From: an uncultured virus (IMG/VR IMGVR_UViG_3300050010_000596)
Lineage: Duplodnaviria > Heunggongvirae > Uroviricota > Caudoviricetes
IMG/VR virus record: IMGVR_UViG_3300050010_000596
DNA length: 24,159 nucleotides
Reading direction: 5' to 3' (one strand)
Below are positions 1 to 9,160 of the stretch, piece by piece. The notes under the pieces were generated by a model that saw only the letters and a list, made by a program, of their open reading frames with translations, did no database searches and had not been told where the DNA came from. Position numbers and translations under genes: made by a program. Numbering within the stretch: the stretch's first letter is position 1; each line of letters begins with the position of its first letter.

Positions 1-53
1 AACGCCGTACCGTCGCTGACGATGTCCACGATTCTTTCATACGGACGACCCAT
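1..53 (-). CDS. Hypothetical protein, N-terminal fragment (MGRPYERIVDIVSDGTA...), runs off the window
   Basis: ATG at 53 preceded by AGGAG, which overlaps the TAG stop of the upstream gene; open to the window edge. Confidence 0.65.
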   Translation of the reverse strand, partial: MGRPYERIVDIVSDGTA

Positions 54-65
54 AGTTCACTTCTC

Positions 66-2573
66 CTACATTGCTTCCGCAGATTGCTGAAGGTCGGGCG
101 AGCTGAATTGCATCCCAGGGATCGGGGCAACGTCCTTTTCCTTGAGAAATAACACCACGTCTCCAACACTTTCAAAAGTGTTCCGCAGGGCGTCTTCGAG
201 TTCGGGCAGCTCGGCCGTGCCGTACTTGTCTTTGAACTCGTCGTTGTGCCAGTAGAACACGAACAGCAACCGGCCCAGGCGATCCAATGCCCGCAGCAAG
301 TCGCCCAGGTAACGGTTGACCAAGTTGTCTTGCCGCGAGGTGCGGATCAGCCCGGAGATCATCGCCGTGTCGAAGACCTCCTTCTGCCCTTGCTGTCCGG
401 CCTGTTGTGCCGCCTGCATCGCCATCGGATCGGGCGGCATGTACTGCGGCAAGGGGTTGTAGGTGTTGGGGTCGGTGTTCATCGCCGACATTTCCGGCAC
501 CGGCTGGGTCTCTTCCTGGGGGTACTGCGACATGACATCGCCATAGGCACTGTCGGCCCCCGTGGGCGGCGGATTGAAGGCTGGTGCGCCCGGACCGGGA
601 CCTACCCACGGGCCCTGGGTGCTGGCGTAGCCGTTGTCAGCGTACTTCACGCGGAAGCTCGCCGCCTTGCCACGCAACCGCATCCGCTCGGCCTCGGCGA
701 TGAACTCGCGGGCCTCCTTCTCGCGGAAACCGCCCCGCAGGATCAGCGAGAACAGCGCCGACCGCTTCTGCATCAGCGGACCCCGGTTGATGGAGATCTC
801 ATTGCCGTTGCTGTACACCCGCAGCTCAGCGGTCTTCCGCATGATCTCCAACTGGATGTCGGACAGGTTGCCTGGCTCCAGTGGCGAGTCCTTGCTCTGG
901 GAGTCGCCGCCACAGCACGGGATGTCGTCTTTCTTCTTGGTGTCCGAGACACTCTTCTCCACGCGGATGATCTTGATGTCGCTGGGGCAATAGAGCGTGC
1001 CGCCCGTGGCCCGGAACTTGGTCCCTTCCCGCTCGCTGAGCGAGATGATGTCCGCACCGTAGTAGTAGTCGCGGTCCCAGTTGTTCTGTCGGTCGATCTC
1101 CGGCATGTAACGCGGCCGGTCGTGGGAGGCATAGTCCTTGAAGCTCACCCGGTACTTGTCCCCACCCAGATCTTCCTCTACCCGGAAAGGACAGGTACCC
1201 TGGCTCTTCTGACTGAGGATCACATACACGCCGCCCTTACTGAGGCTGGCCTTGCCCTGCTTGTCGAACCAGGTCTTCCAGCCATCCTTCTCGTCCTCGA
1301 TCATGGGCTTGGCGTAGAGCGTGGAGCGGTGGGCGTTGATCCAGTCCTTGGGTTCCAGGCGGACCACGGTGGAGAAGTCCTGCTGGCCTTCGTTGTTGAA
1401 GGGCTGGGCAATCACCAGGCACTTGGCAAAACCCTGCGGCTTGACCAGCATCTCGTAGATCCCGGTCGCGTCGGGGTTGGACAACTCAACCATCACCTGA
1501 GTGTTGTACTTCTTGGAGACTTCTTCGCCGTCCCGCATGTCCTTGACCAGGTAGCCATCCCGCTTGAGCTTCTGCTTGTCGCCGTCCTGGAGCTTGACGT
1601 TATGGGTGATAGCAGCGTCTTCATCCACATGGATCTCGACCTTGGGCCCGGCTGCCTCCTTCACCGGCTCGGGACCCCGCAGCACGTGCGAGACCTTCAT
1701 CCGAGGCGGAGCCTTGGGTAGCAGGCCACCCAGGACATTCAGGCGCGCAGGCTTGGCCTCTGCCTGCTTCACAGCCAGGGCCCGGTGGTGCAGCAAGGCA
1801 TCCTTGAGCAGGTCGTCGCCATAGAACCTCCGCGCGGATGAGGCCAAGGCCGGATACCGTTCAAAGGTCTCCATGGCGGTCTTGCACATGCCCAGGTCGG
1901 CACGCAAAAACTCGGCCAGCGTCAACCGCTGGTCTAGCCCGGCATACTTTTCCAACTTGGATGGCTGCTCGGTCAACAGGCTGCCCATGATTGGGGCGAA
2001 CTCCATCGCCCAGGGCTTCCAGCCGGGCAAGTCCACCTGCACCGAACCGAACTTGGTGGAATGGGGCGGGGTGCTCAGGCGATAGAGGTTGGGCTGCATT
2101 ACGCCCAACTGTTGCAAGTTACGATGCTCCGGTTCGCCCAGCACGTGCGGCCGTTGAGCCAGCACGAAGTTCACCCAGTTCTCCTTCATCGGCACAAACT
2201 GATCTTGCCCCTTGAGGTACAACAGTTCGTGCCCCTTCATCTGGCCGTTCAGGAAGAACACCGGGGCGTACAGCCATTGCTGGCCGACCTTGAAGCCGAA
2301 GATTCCCACCGCCTTGGTCTTGTCGTCGTCGCGGTCCACCAGCTGGAAACCGATCAAGTAGTCCAACAGTCGCGGGGCCTTGTCCTTGAGGTAGGTGTAC
2401 CCCAGTGAGGCGAAGGCCTGCTCGAAAGAGGTCTCCTGGTCCCCGCCAACACCGGCCGCCTGTTTGATGCGCCCGCGCATCAGCTCCAACACCTGGGCCG
2501 TTTTGGTCCGGGCCTCCGCAGCCAAGCGAGGGCTGCGGAACTTATAACCGTAGACGTTACGTGTACTACTCAT
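66..2573 (-). CDS. Large hypothetical protein (835 aa), possibly virion-associated; several K-x-A motifs and a Pro/Gln-rich segment before a helical C-terminus
   Basis: Long ORF with GC-ending codon bias; motifs IKQAAG, VKQAE, VKEAAG, RKTAE, VKYAD; no enzyme motif recognised. Confidence 0.85.
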   Translation of the reverse strand: MSSTRNVYGYKFRSPRLAAEARTKTAQVLELMRGRIKQAAGVGGDQETSFEQAFASLGYTYLKDKAPRLLDYLIGFQLVDRDDDKTKAVGIFGFKVGQQWLYAPVFFLNGQMKGHELLYLKGQDQFVPMKENWVNFVLAQRPHVLGEPEHRNLQQLGVMQPNLYRLSTPPHSTKFGSVQVDLPGWKPWAMEFAPIMGSLLTEQPSKLEKYAGLDQRLTLAEFLRADLGMCKTAMETFERYPALASSARRFYGDDLLKDALLHHRALAVKQAEAKPARLNVLGGLLPKAPPRMKVSHVLRGPEPVKEAAGPKVEIHVDEDAAITHNVKLQDGDKQKLKRDGYLVKDMRDGEEVSKKYNTQVMVELSNPDATGIYEMLVKPQGFAKCLVIAQPFNNEGQQDFSTVVRLEPKDWINAHRSTLYAKPMIEDEKDGWKTWFDKQGKASLSKGGVYVILSQKSQGTCPFRVEEDLGGDKYRVSFKDYASHDRPRYMPEIDRQNNWDRDYYYGADIISLSEREGTKFRATGGTLYCPSDIKIIRVEKSVSDTKKKDDIPCCGGDSQSKDSPLEPGNLSDIQLEIMRKTAELRVYSNGNEISINRGPLMQKRSALFSLILRGGFREKEAREFIAEAERMRLRGKAASFRVKYADNGYASTQGPWVGPGPGAPAFNPPPTGADSAYGDVMSQYPQEETQPVPEMSAMNTDPNTYNPLPQYMPPDPMAMQAAQQAGQQGQKEVFDTAMISGLIRTSRQDNLVNRYLGDLLRALDRLGRLLFVFYWHNDEFKDKYGTAELPELEDALRNTFESVGDVVLFLKEKDVAPIPGMQFSSPDLQQSAEAM

Positions 2574-2576
2574 TTG

Positions 2577-2588
2577 ACCATCCGTGGC
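2577..2588 (-). promoter_or_regulatory. CsrA/RsmA-type hairpin GCC-ACGGAT-GGT just upstream of the 835-aa gene start
   Basis: Matches CANGGANG with a 3-bp stem, 3 nt before ATG 2573. Confidence 0.55.
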
Positions 2589-2613
2589 TAAAGGATGCTA
2601 AGCGACCGGGGTG

Positions 2614-3549
2614 TTACTTCCACCGCTTGTATATGGCTTCCAGTTCTTCCGGCGACGAAGGTCCACCAACGTGCGGAATCCGGTGTAACGGGGAGTCCTC
2701 TTCTTCGGTGGCCGCCGAAGCGGCACCGTGACCCAACAGCTGCGAGAACGTGGGTTTGCCTATCGGCTGGACGCCGGGAATCTTGGTATGGGGAAAGGCC
2801 TGCTGGAAGTGTTGCTGGGCCTCTTCCGATTGTCGGTACATGGGTTGATCGACTTTGTCCACGTAGTCATTCAACCCTTGTTCCCGTTGGCGTTCGAGCT
2901 GAAGCGACTGCGCCTGCTGGGCGCGCTGGAAGTTGGACAGCGGGGCGTTGATGGTGCCGGTCTCGGTCGGGTTGGTGGCCCCGTCCGGTCCGAACTTGCC
3001 CGGCTTCATGTCGGTCTGGTGAAACAGGTCGCCTGGTTCGCCGCCCGTGAGTTTGTTGGGTACCCCGGAATTGGTGGCACCGCCCGCTCGGATCGCCCGG
3101 CCCGGTGTGAGCAGCCAGTCCATCATGCGATTGTGACCACTGCTGCCGGGATCACCGGCACCGGCCGCCACACTGCCCCAGTAATTCTCCCGCTTGCCTT
3201 CCATGGTCTTGTCGCTAGCCATGGGGGCGGAGGCCATCTCGGCACCATAGTAGCCCAAAGCGGGCAGCGCGACGCCGCGACGTACGGGGTGCTCTCCGAG
3301 CCACGGCAAGAGACCCTTGGTGGGCCCCGCCGTACCGCGAAGGGCATCAACCGCATGGCGGCCGCCCGCTGCAAGATCGGAGCCGAGGCCCTGGGCCAGA
3401 TGCCCGGCAGCGCCCGCCCCTGTCATCAACTTGGGGGCGACGTGCGATGCGAACCCGCCAGCAAGGCGATCACCGCCACGGCCAATGGCCCCGCCAAGGC
3501 GCATCAGTAGCTTCTCTAAGCCTGCCTGCTTTTCGAGTTGTGTGGTCAT
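2614..3549 (-). CDS. Hypothetical Gly/Ala-rich protein (311 aa) with N-terminal EKQAG motif
   Basis: Start moved to ATG 3549 (MTTQLEKQAG) because GAGGAG lies 6 nt upstream; the ORF track starts at 3609. Confidence 0.8.
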   Translation of the reverse strand: MTTQLEKQAGLEKLLMRLGGAIGRGGDRLAGGFASHVAPKLMTGAGAAGHLAQGLGSDLAAGGRHAVDALRGTAGPTKGLLPWLGEHPVRRGVALPALGYYGAEMASAPMASDKTMEGKRENYWGSVAAGAGDPGSSGHNRMMDWLLTPGRAIRAGGATNSGVPNKLTGGEPGDLFHQTDMKPGKFGPDGATNPTETGTINAPLSNFQRAQQAQSLQLERQREQGLNDYVDKVDQPMYRQSEEAQQHFQQAFPHTKIPGVQPIGKPTFSQLLGHGAASAATEEEDSPLHRIPHVGGPSSPEELEAIYKRWK

Positions 3550-3556
3550 CCTTGAC
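3545..3556 (-). promoter_or_regulatory. CsrA/RsmA-type hairpin GTC-AAGGAT-GAC overlapping the start codon
   Basis: Perfect 3-bp stem with ANGGAN loop; contains ATG 3549. Confidence 0.6.
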
Positions 3557-3605
3557 TCCTCTCTGTCGGATTTTAATGCAATTTTGTCTGTAAGAATAGA
3601 GCGGC

Positions 3606-4298
3606 TCACATCTTAGGAGCACCGGGCAGAGAAGGCGGAGGCTTCATCGGCGCAGGTGGCTGCGCTGCTGGTGCGGGAGTCGGCGTTCGCGGAGCGGGTG
3701 CTTGCGGAGCGGGCGAGCGTTGAGGCATCGTCGGCGGACCCTGATAGTGCCAGGGAGCCTTCTCGCCTTGCTGAGGTCCGCTGCCGGTTTCGGCTCCGGG
3801 AGCCTCCAACCCGTTCTTCCAGTACCAGCTCTTGTCGCGGCCGGTGACAGCTCGCCCGTGCTGCGCTTCGTAAACGTCCCGGTTATTACCGCCCCACATC
3901 GAGTTAGATGTGCCAGGCATCAGTGAACGCAGGCCGTTCCATGCCGTACCGACCGGATGACCCACCATGGACAGCAATGGACGACCGTAACTACTCCAAG
4001 CGCCTGTACCGCCCCCAAACCGCTGCCGCTCGTGTAGATCTTCGTTGGAGGACCCCAGCCCGACCATGTCCATCGCGTTGTTCATTACGAAACCGCCAGG
4101 CGTAAAGCCTGTAGCGACGTTTACTGCATCGCCAATGTCCTCTCCGATGTTGCCCCCGATCAGACCACCAGCTACGCCACCCGCCACCGGCAGTGCTGCT
4201 TCGCCGACGTGCTTGGCAATCGTTCCCCCGAGACCGGCCTGCTTCTCGCGGACCACCAGCGCGGCGGCCTCTTTGGCCATGTAGTCGATCACGTTCAT
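3606..4298 (-). CDS. Hypothetical protein (230 aa) with EKQAG motif, glycine-zipper segment and Pro-rich tail
   Basis: ATGA overlap with the upstream beta-prime C-half stop; VAGGVAGGLIGGNIG zipper. Confidence 0.8.
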   Translation of the reverse strand: MNVIDYMAKEAAALVVREKQAGLGGTIAKHVGEAALPVAGGVAGGLIGGNIGEDIGDAVNVATGFTPGGFVMNNAMDMVGLGSSNEDLHERQRFGGGTGAWSSYGRPLLSMVGHPVGTAWNGLRSLMPGTSNSMWGGNNRDVYEAQHGRAVTGRDKSWYWKNGLEAPGAETGSGPQQGEKAPWHYQGPPTMPQRSPAPQAPAPRTPTPAPAAQPPAPMKPPPSLPGAPKM

Positions 4299-6190
4299 TG
4301 CAACACCCTCGACTTCTTGGGCTCCTGGGGAGTGATCACTTTGCCAACCCGGCCAAAATCTACGGCACGGGCCAGGCCTGGTACAAAGCTCGTACCCAGC
4401 TCGTCACTGACACCACCTCGGTGCACGCTATCCAGCAGGCTCGATTTCAGCCCACTGCCGAACATACGCGACAGCCAATCGGGGTCGTGCTGGAGGTTGG
4501 ACATGCCACGCACCATCTCCGGCTGGAAGGGTGGGGCTTCCTTGTGCACGTGCACGTTCTGCACGCCGAACTCGTTGAGATCCTTGACCACCGAGGGCTT
4601 CACCTTGGTGCCGATGGTGTAGTGCAGGTAGGGCTTCTCCAGGTACTGCCCCAGGGCTCGCTTGGGCTCCAACAGCTCCGAGCCCGGCCGGGGTTTGTAG
4701 GTGTGCTCCAGTACACTGTAAGGCACGATGTCGTCGGGGGCGTAGTCGCCCATCTCGTCGGTCAGGCGTACGTGGTTGATGAGCCCACGGGCCAGCAGCT
4801 CCAGGTTGCGGCGGTGCCCTTTGATCCCGGCATCTTTGAAGGCCTCGTGAGCGATCTGAGTGAAGTAGCGGCGGCCTTCGCCGATGCCCTTGTGTTCAAC
4901 GACTGAGGCAGGGTTGGGCAAGCCCTCACTGAGCACGTCGCCCGCCTCCACCTTGTCGCCTCGCTTGACGTGGACGTCGAAGCCGGAAGCGACGTAGTGC
5001 CGCTGGCCCTCGATCCACACATACTTGCCACCTGCCGGGGCCTCTTCGACCTTCTGTACTGTGCCGTCCAGGGTGGCGTGGGCAGCACCGCCTTTGAAGG
5101 TCTTGGGGGTTTGCACAATCTGGTTGATGGTGGCAAAACCGGAAACCTTCTTGTTGGCTACGTCCCCGGCGACACCCCCTGCGTGGCGGCTAGAAAGACC
5201 GCCCTGGTTCAAAGGCTCGGAGAGGGCCTGGGAGGCACTCATACCGACGTTCTCGCCCAAGGTGGGCAGACGGCCCCATTCACGCACGCCCGCGTCCCTG
5301 GCGTAAACGCCGCCGTCTGGCGGGCCTCCTACGGTCGGACTACGGACTAGGAGCCGCTTGACGCCCTTCTGCCGCATCGCAGAGAGAACTTTGGGAGTAA
5401 TTGTGGTGTTTCTTGGAAAACCCATTTGGGGGGCAGCCAAGAGGCTCCCCTCGCTCTCGTCGTCGTTCACGTCCACCGGCATGCCCCGCAGAGTCTCGTC
5501 GGGCTTCGCACTGTCCAGGCCAGTGATCAAGGAGCGATGCACGATCTGGTTGAGTTGTTTGCCAAAGAACCCGGCCTCTTGGGTAGCAAACTTGGTGTCC
5601 ATGGTGCCCTTGCGGGCTCCGTACGTTCCGGCCCAATACTCGGCGGGCGATAGGCCTTCGGAGTAGTTGTGCAAGATCGGGAAGGGGATCAACCGGCTAC
5701 GGTGATCCATGTACAGCATGTCGCTGCCCAGCAGGCTGCCCAGGTTGTTCTCGCTGCCACGGGCCCCGGAGCGGACCTGGTACGACGCAGGGTTATTGGC
5801 GGCCAGGCTGTCGGGCAGCAGCGTTTCCTTCTGGGCCACTTGCGCCCGCCCCATGATCCTGATGATCTGCTCTTCTCGCTGGTCGTCCGTGAGGTCATCG
5901 TTGTTGAGCACGGTATCCAACTGCGATTGCGTCTTCGCCCGCAGCTTGAGCGTGGCGGGACTCGGCAGTAGATGGTCGGGACCGAAGGATTGGCCACCCG
6001 TAGTGTAGGCGGCGTGATGGGCAATCTGCATCAAGCGAAAGGTGACGTCGCGATATTGCTCGGGATGCTGCTCGGCGAGATCCCGAAACACATCCTTCAT
6101 CCCCTTTGCGTCCATAATCCGACCCGCCCGCATTCCCGGAGGGAGTGCGCTGTCAACCATAAGCTGACCGGGGGTAGTATTACCGAGCAT
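4295..6190 (-). CDS. rpoC: DNA-directed RNA polymerase beta-prime subunit, C-terminal half (631 aa; bridge helix, trigger loop)
   Basis: SGARGS; NYSEGLSPAEYWAGTYGARKG (bridge helix, cf. NFREGL..EYFISTHGARKG); GENVGMSASQALSEPLNQ..SSRHAGG (trigger loop, cf. [25 protein letters not shown].GG); GDKVEAGDVLSEG; RBS AAGGAGG. Confidence 0.93.
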   Translation of the reverse strand: MLGNTTPGQLMVDSALPPGMRAGRIMDAKGMKDVFRDLAEQHPEQYRDVTFRLMQIAHHAAYTTGGQSFGPDHLLPSPATLKLRAKTQSQLDTVLNNDDLTDDQREEQIIRIMGRAQVAQKETLLPDSLAANNPASYQVRSGARGSENNLGSLLGSDMLYMDHRSRLIPFPILHNYSEGLSPAEYWAGTYGARKGTMDTKFATQEAGFFGKQLNQIVHRSLITGLDSAKPDETLRGMPVDVNDDESEGSLLAAPQMGFPRNTTITPKVLSAMRQKGVKRLLVRSPTVGGPPDGGVYARDAGVREWGRLPTLGENVGMSASQALSEPLNQGGLSSRHAGGVAGDVANKKVSGFATINQIVQTPKTFKGGAAHATLDGTVQKVEEAPAGGKYVWIEGQRHYVASGFDVHVKRGDKVEAGDVLSEGLPNPASVVEHKGIGEGRRYFTQIAHEAFKDAGIKGHRRNLELLARGLINHVRLTDEMGDYAPDDIVPYSVLEHTYKPRPGSELLEPKRALGQYLEKPYLHYTIGTKVKPSVVKDLNEFGVQNVHVHKEAPPFQPEMVRGMSNLQHDPDWLSRMFGSGLKSSLLDSVHRGGVSDELGTSFVPGLARAVDFGRVGKVITPQEPKKSRVLQ

Positions 6191-6192
6191 GG

Positions 6193-6204
6193 GGCCTCCT
6201 TGCC
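6193..6204 (-). promoter_or_regulatory. CsrA/RsmA-type hairpin GGC-AAGGAG-GCC enclosing the Shine-Dalgarno of the beta-prime C-half gene
   Basis: Perfect 3-bp stem with the SD in the loop, 2 nt before ATG 6190. Confidence 0.6.
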
Positions 6205-6212
6205 GAATGCAA

Positions 6213-6488
6213 TCAGTCGCCGAAGGACACTAAGGCCTTCTCTTCAGTGGTCAGCTGCGACATGATCCGTTCTTGGATGCGGGTGTCGGAGATCGAGACC
6301 ACGATCCGTTTGACACCGCTCTTGCACAACGACCGGATCTGGCTGACCTCTTGGTCGGCGATGCGGTTGGCGGCTTCGCAGTCCACCTCGGCATGCTTGA
6401 TCGCCACGCCGTGGTCGCTGACGGCCCTGGCTCCTGACCAATTCTCGTAAGACTCGATACGGCGAGATTTCTGTGGGTCCATTTCCAT
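6213..6488 (-). CDS. Hypothetical protein (91 aa)
   Basis: Fills the gap in the minus-strand array; protein-like composition. Confidence 0.7.
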   Translation of the reverse strand: MEMDPQKSRRIESYENWSGARAVSDHGVAIKHAEVDCEAANRIADQEVSQIRSLCKSGVKRIVVSISDTRIQERIMSQLTTEEKALVSFGD

Positions 6489-6500
6489 GTCACTCTCGTG

Positions 6501-6800
6501 TTAGTGGGGCTGCCGAGGGATCACCAGCGGCAGTTTCCGTTCCAGCTCCAGGGGCGTGGATGCCAAGTCCCCTAGGCTGGAGCAGATGGTTACGTGGTTG
6601 AAGCCCAGGTTGTGCAAGACCTGGTTGAAGTCTTCTTCGTTCGCGTGCGCCATGGTCACGCTGTTCATTCCGCCCTCCGGCTCGCATTGGCAGGCGACGA
6701 AGGCCGCCGTGCCGTTATCGAGTTCCATCAGGAGCACCATAATATCATCGGCGATGATTGGGCTACGATCACCGATCCTACGGAAGGCTTTTATTCTCAC
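6501..6800 (-). CDS. Hypothetical protein (99 aa)
   Basis: GTG start 3 nt after the upstream stop; globular-looking sequence. Confidence 0.7.
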   Translation of the reverse strand: MRIKAFRRIGDRSPIIADDIMVLLMELDNGTAAFVACQCEPEGGMNSVTMAHANEEDFNQVLHNLGFNHVTICSSLGDLASTPLELERKLPLVIPRQPH

Positions 6801-6803
6801 TGG

Positions 6804-7529
6804 TTAGCCTGCGTTGGCTTGTCGGATCAGGGCCTGAAGGCCGGAGGCTTGATTCACCGTGTCCAGGAAGGACGGGTTCATCACTGAGCCCCGGTTCAGG
6901 AACTGCGACTGCTTCTGAGCACCCCCGCCACCACCGGCCGCTAAGGCCGGACTCGCACCGCCCATCGGTTTGATGGGCGGGATCGACGACTGTTGCACGC
7001 CCGGTGCGGCACCGGCCGAGGCCGGGTCCTGGGCGGCTTGATTGGGATCGGCTTGCGGATCGTCGGCCGGATCGCCCAAGAGCATCTCGGGCGGCACGGT
7101 GACGCCCTGCGTCTGGAGCATGTAGACCAAGAGCTTCTTGATCTGGTAGATCTCGGTGTTGACGTCCACCTTCTTCTTAGGCATGCCGTTGGGACCCATC
7201 GCCCCTGCGCCACCCGCCCCGCCGCCCATGCCACCGCCCTGCTGGGCCGCCTGGATCATCTGCATGACCCGGTCTTCGGTCAGACCTTGAGGAGCATTGG
7301 CCGCCTGGGCTTGCAGCTGGGCGTTGACGTCGGCTGCACCGGGAGCCCCACCGCCACCGGGAGGCGGAGCGCCGCCTTGGGACGGATCGCCGCCACCTTG
7401 AGAGGGATCACCGCCACCTTGCGACGGATCGCCGCCACCGCCTGATGCAGTGGACGGATCGACAAAGGCTTGCTTGACCTGGGCACGAGCGGTGCGCAGC
7501 AGTAACGGATCGAAAAGGTTGTTGGACAT
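6804..7529 (-). CDS. Hypothetical low-complexity Gly/Pro/Gln-rich protein (241 aa) with VKQAF motif and one short helical core
   Basis: ORF with biased codon use; ordered core KKKVDVNTEIYQIKKLLVYML. Confidence 0.8.
   Translation of the reverse strand: MSNNLFDPLLLRTARAQVKQAFVDPSTASGGGGDPSQGGGDPSQGGGDPSQGGAPPPGGGGAPGAADVNAQLQAQAANAPQGLTEDRVMQMIQAAQQGGGMGGGAGGAGAMGPNGMPKKKVDVNTEIYQIKKLLVYMLQTQGVTVPPEMLLGDPADDPQADPNQAAQDPASAGAAPGVQQSSIPPIKPMGGASPALAAGGGGGAQKQSQFLNRGSVMNPSFLDTVNQASGLQALIRQANAG
7375..7437 (-). repeat. Three imperfect 21-bp tandem repeats encoding (GGGDPSQ)3
   Basis: ccttgggacggatcgccgcca / ccttgagagggatcaccgcca / ccttgcgacggatcgccgcca; differences are synonymous. Confidence 0.85.
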
Positions 7530-7534
7530 CGTTT

Positions 7535-7546
7535 ACCATCCTTGGC
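7535..7546 (-). promoter_or_regulatory. CsrA/RsmA-type hairpin GCC-AAGGAT-GGT over the RBS of the 241-aa gene
   Basis: CANGGANG with stem, 5 nt before ATG 7529. Confidence 0.6.
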
Positions 7547-7585
7547 TTTGGGAAGGCTTCCTATAGTGTTAGTGTAAAGCACCGC

Positions 7586-7798
7586 TTAGCGTTCTACCAG
7601 TCCAACCAAGTCGCCCAGGGCCCCGATCAAGGCCATCTGGTGCTTGTTGGAATAAGGTTGCGCCGCCTGTTTCTCTTCCGAGCGGGCCAGGATCGTAGCC
7701 TGCCCGTTGGCGAAGGCCCGCTTGATGTTCTCTTGCTGTTCCGTGTGGGCGTTATGGAGCAAGTTGGCGATCGTAGCGCGGGCAGTTTTCTCGTGCAT
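7586..7798 (-). CDS. Small hypothetical protein (70 aa) with three K-x-A motifs
   Basis: ATG 3 nt after the upstream stop; EKTAR, IKRAF, EEKQAA. Confidence 0.75.
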   Translation of the reverse strand: MHEKTARATIANLLHNAHTEQQENIKRAFANGQATILARSEEKQAAQPYSNKHQMALIGALGDLVGLVER

Positions 7799-7801
7799 GG
7801 T

Positions 7802-9160
7802 TCAACCTTTCAGAGACTTGAGGGCGCTCCAATCGGCAGTCAGCCCCGGAGCAATGGTACTGGCGAGGCCATGGGCTGCCTGCCCCGCGACATCGGCGAC
7901 ACCATGAGCCGCTTGTCCGGCTGCATTGACAAGCTGGGGACCGTGTCGCTGAATCAGGTCCTTAGCACCCCAAGCGCCGACTCCGGCCGCGATGGCGGCG
8001 GGAATGCCGCGCAGTGCAGTCGGTGCATAGGACAACAAGTGCTCGCCGATGAGTGCGCCTGGTTTACGAGCTTGTCGAGCCAGGTTCATTCCCAACACGT
8101 CCATCGACTTCTCGGACCCTCGGGCCATTCGCATGAACTCGCTGGGCGCTGCTACAGCGGCGCGTTCAGCCGACATAATTTCCGGGTTTACAGCGTGCAG
8201 TGCTTTTGCCGCGCTGCTGCTGCACACGTCACCTGCCCCTGACCGCATCTGCGGCAATAGTACCTGCTTGTAAACGTCCTGTAATCCCAGTTGCCGCAGC
8301 CGCCCCGTCAGCTTGTGCTTCTGAAGGAATGTGCCGACACTGCCCAGGGCGCGCGAGACGGGCCCCGCCGACTCACCAGCTACTTCATTGGCAGTGATTC
8401 GGCCCATGAGAGCTGTGTTGAACTGAGGGGCTTCCTTGCCAAAGATGGCTTGAATCCCTGGTGTAGCGTGTTCGACGACCTCTGGAGTAATTTTCATCTT
8501 GGGTCGCAAACGAATGGCGGTGGCGTTGGCTGTGTCGGCCCCCGAGACAGCGGGATGGAAGGTCTGGTACTCACCACCGAAGCCGCTGTCTCCAGGCCAT
8601 AATCCAATCACCGGTTCGTTCTTGGTAGCCTTCAACCCCGGAATCACGCCGCCTGTATCAAAATCGGCATGAGCCATACTGCCGCCACCGGCCGCTTGCT
8701 GGATCGCCAATCCTATCCGATTCGAGGGATTCTTATAATTCTCGCTGCTCAAATGCAAGATCACGTCGCCCAGCCGACTTTTGGCCGCTTCGTACGGTGT
8801 ATTGAATGTCAAGTTGCGAATGCTGGCCAGTTCACGCGCAGAAATCTCCGGGTCGGACATGGCCCCGGACATCAGGGCCTTGAAACGCAACGGCGAGTTC
8901 TTCGCCAGGTCACGTATACGGTGATAGGTATCCCAAGAAGAGATGTAACGGCCCAGTCGCGGCCCCACCGGGCCGTTCCAGAGTTCCTGCGAAGCGTCCA
9001 GCATACTCGGCACGCGGTACTTGCGATTCGCCCACGCGGCCCGGCCCAGTTGGCTGGCGGCGTAGCCGCCGCCTGCCGCGCTAGCGCCTGCGGCCAGGTC
9101 TTCACTGTCCGCTTGCTTCTCGCGTTGGGCGACCAGATGTCCGAGCGTCCTTGCATTCAT
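7802..9160 (-). CDS. 452-aa protein with EKQA leader and a probable permuted papain-like (NlpC/P60, YiiX/YaeF-type) domain
   Basis: Motif order GDVIL...SMAHA...IRLRP...DVCSS...AAPSEF matches permuted NlpC/P60 (His before Cys); ATGA overlap with the RNAP stop; the fold call is by eye. Confidence 0.6.
   Translation of the reverse strand: MNARTLGHLVAQREKQADSEDLAAGASAAGGGYAASQLGRAAWANRKYRVPSMLDASQELWNGPVGPRLGRYISSWDTYHRIRDLAKNSPLRFKALMSGAMSDPEISARELASIRNLTFNTPYEAAKSRLGDVILHLSSENYKNPSNRIGLAIQQAAGGGSMAHADFDTGGVIPGLKATKNEPVIGLWPGDSGFGGEYQTFHPAVSGADTANATAIRLRPKMKITPEVVEHATPGIQAIFGKEAPQFNTALMGRITANEVAGESAGPVSRALGSVGTFLQKHKLTGRLRQLGLQDVYKQVLLPQMRSGAGDVCSSSAAKALHAVNPEIMSAERAAVAAPSEFMRMARGSEKSMDVLGMNLARQARKPGALIGEHLLSYAPTALRGIPAAIAAGVGAWGAKDLIQRHGPQLVNAAGQAAHGVADVAGQAAHGLASTIAPGLTADWSALKSLKG

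Noticed and set aside
246..1721. 491-aa + strand ORF (likewise 12088-13347, 17256-18674, 23028-23894, 2728-3510)
   Set aside because: Antisense shadows of GC3-biased minus-strand genes; no domain motifs or expression signals seen, unlike the HNH at 21249
3560..3600. Minus-strand promoter in an AT-rich spacer (TAAAAT); similar spacer at 7550-7585
   Set aside because: No convincing -35, and no shared motif identifiable by eye as a promoter for the encoded RNAP
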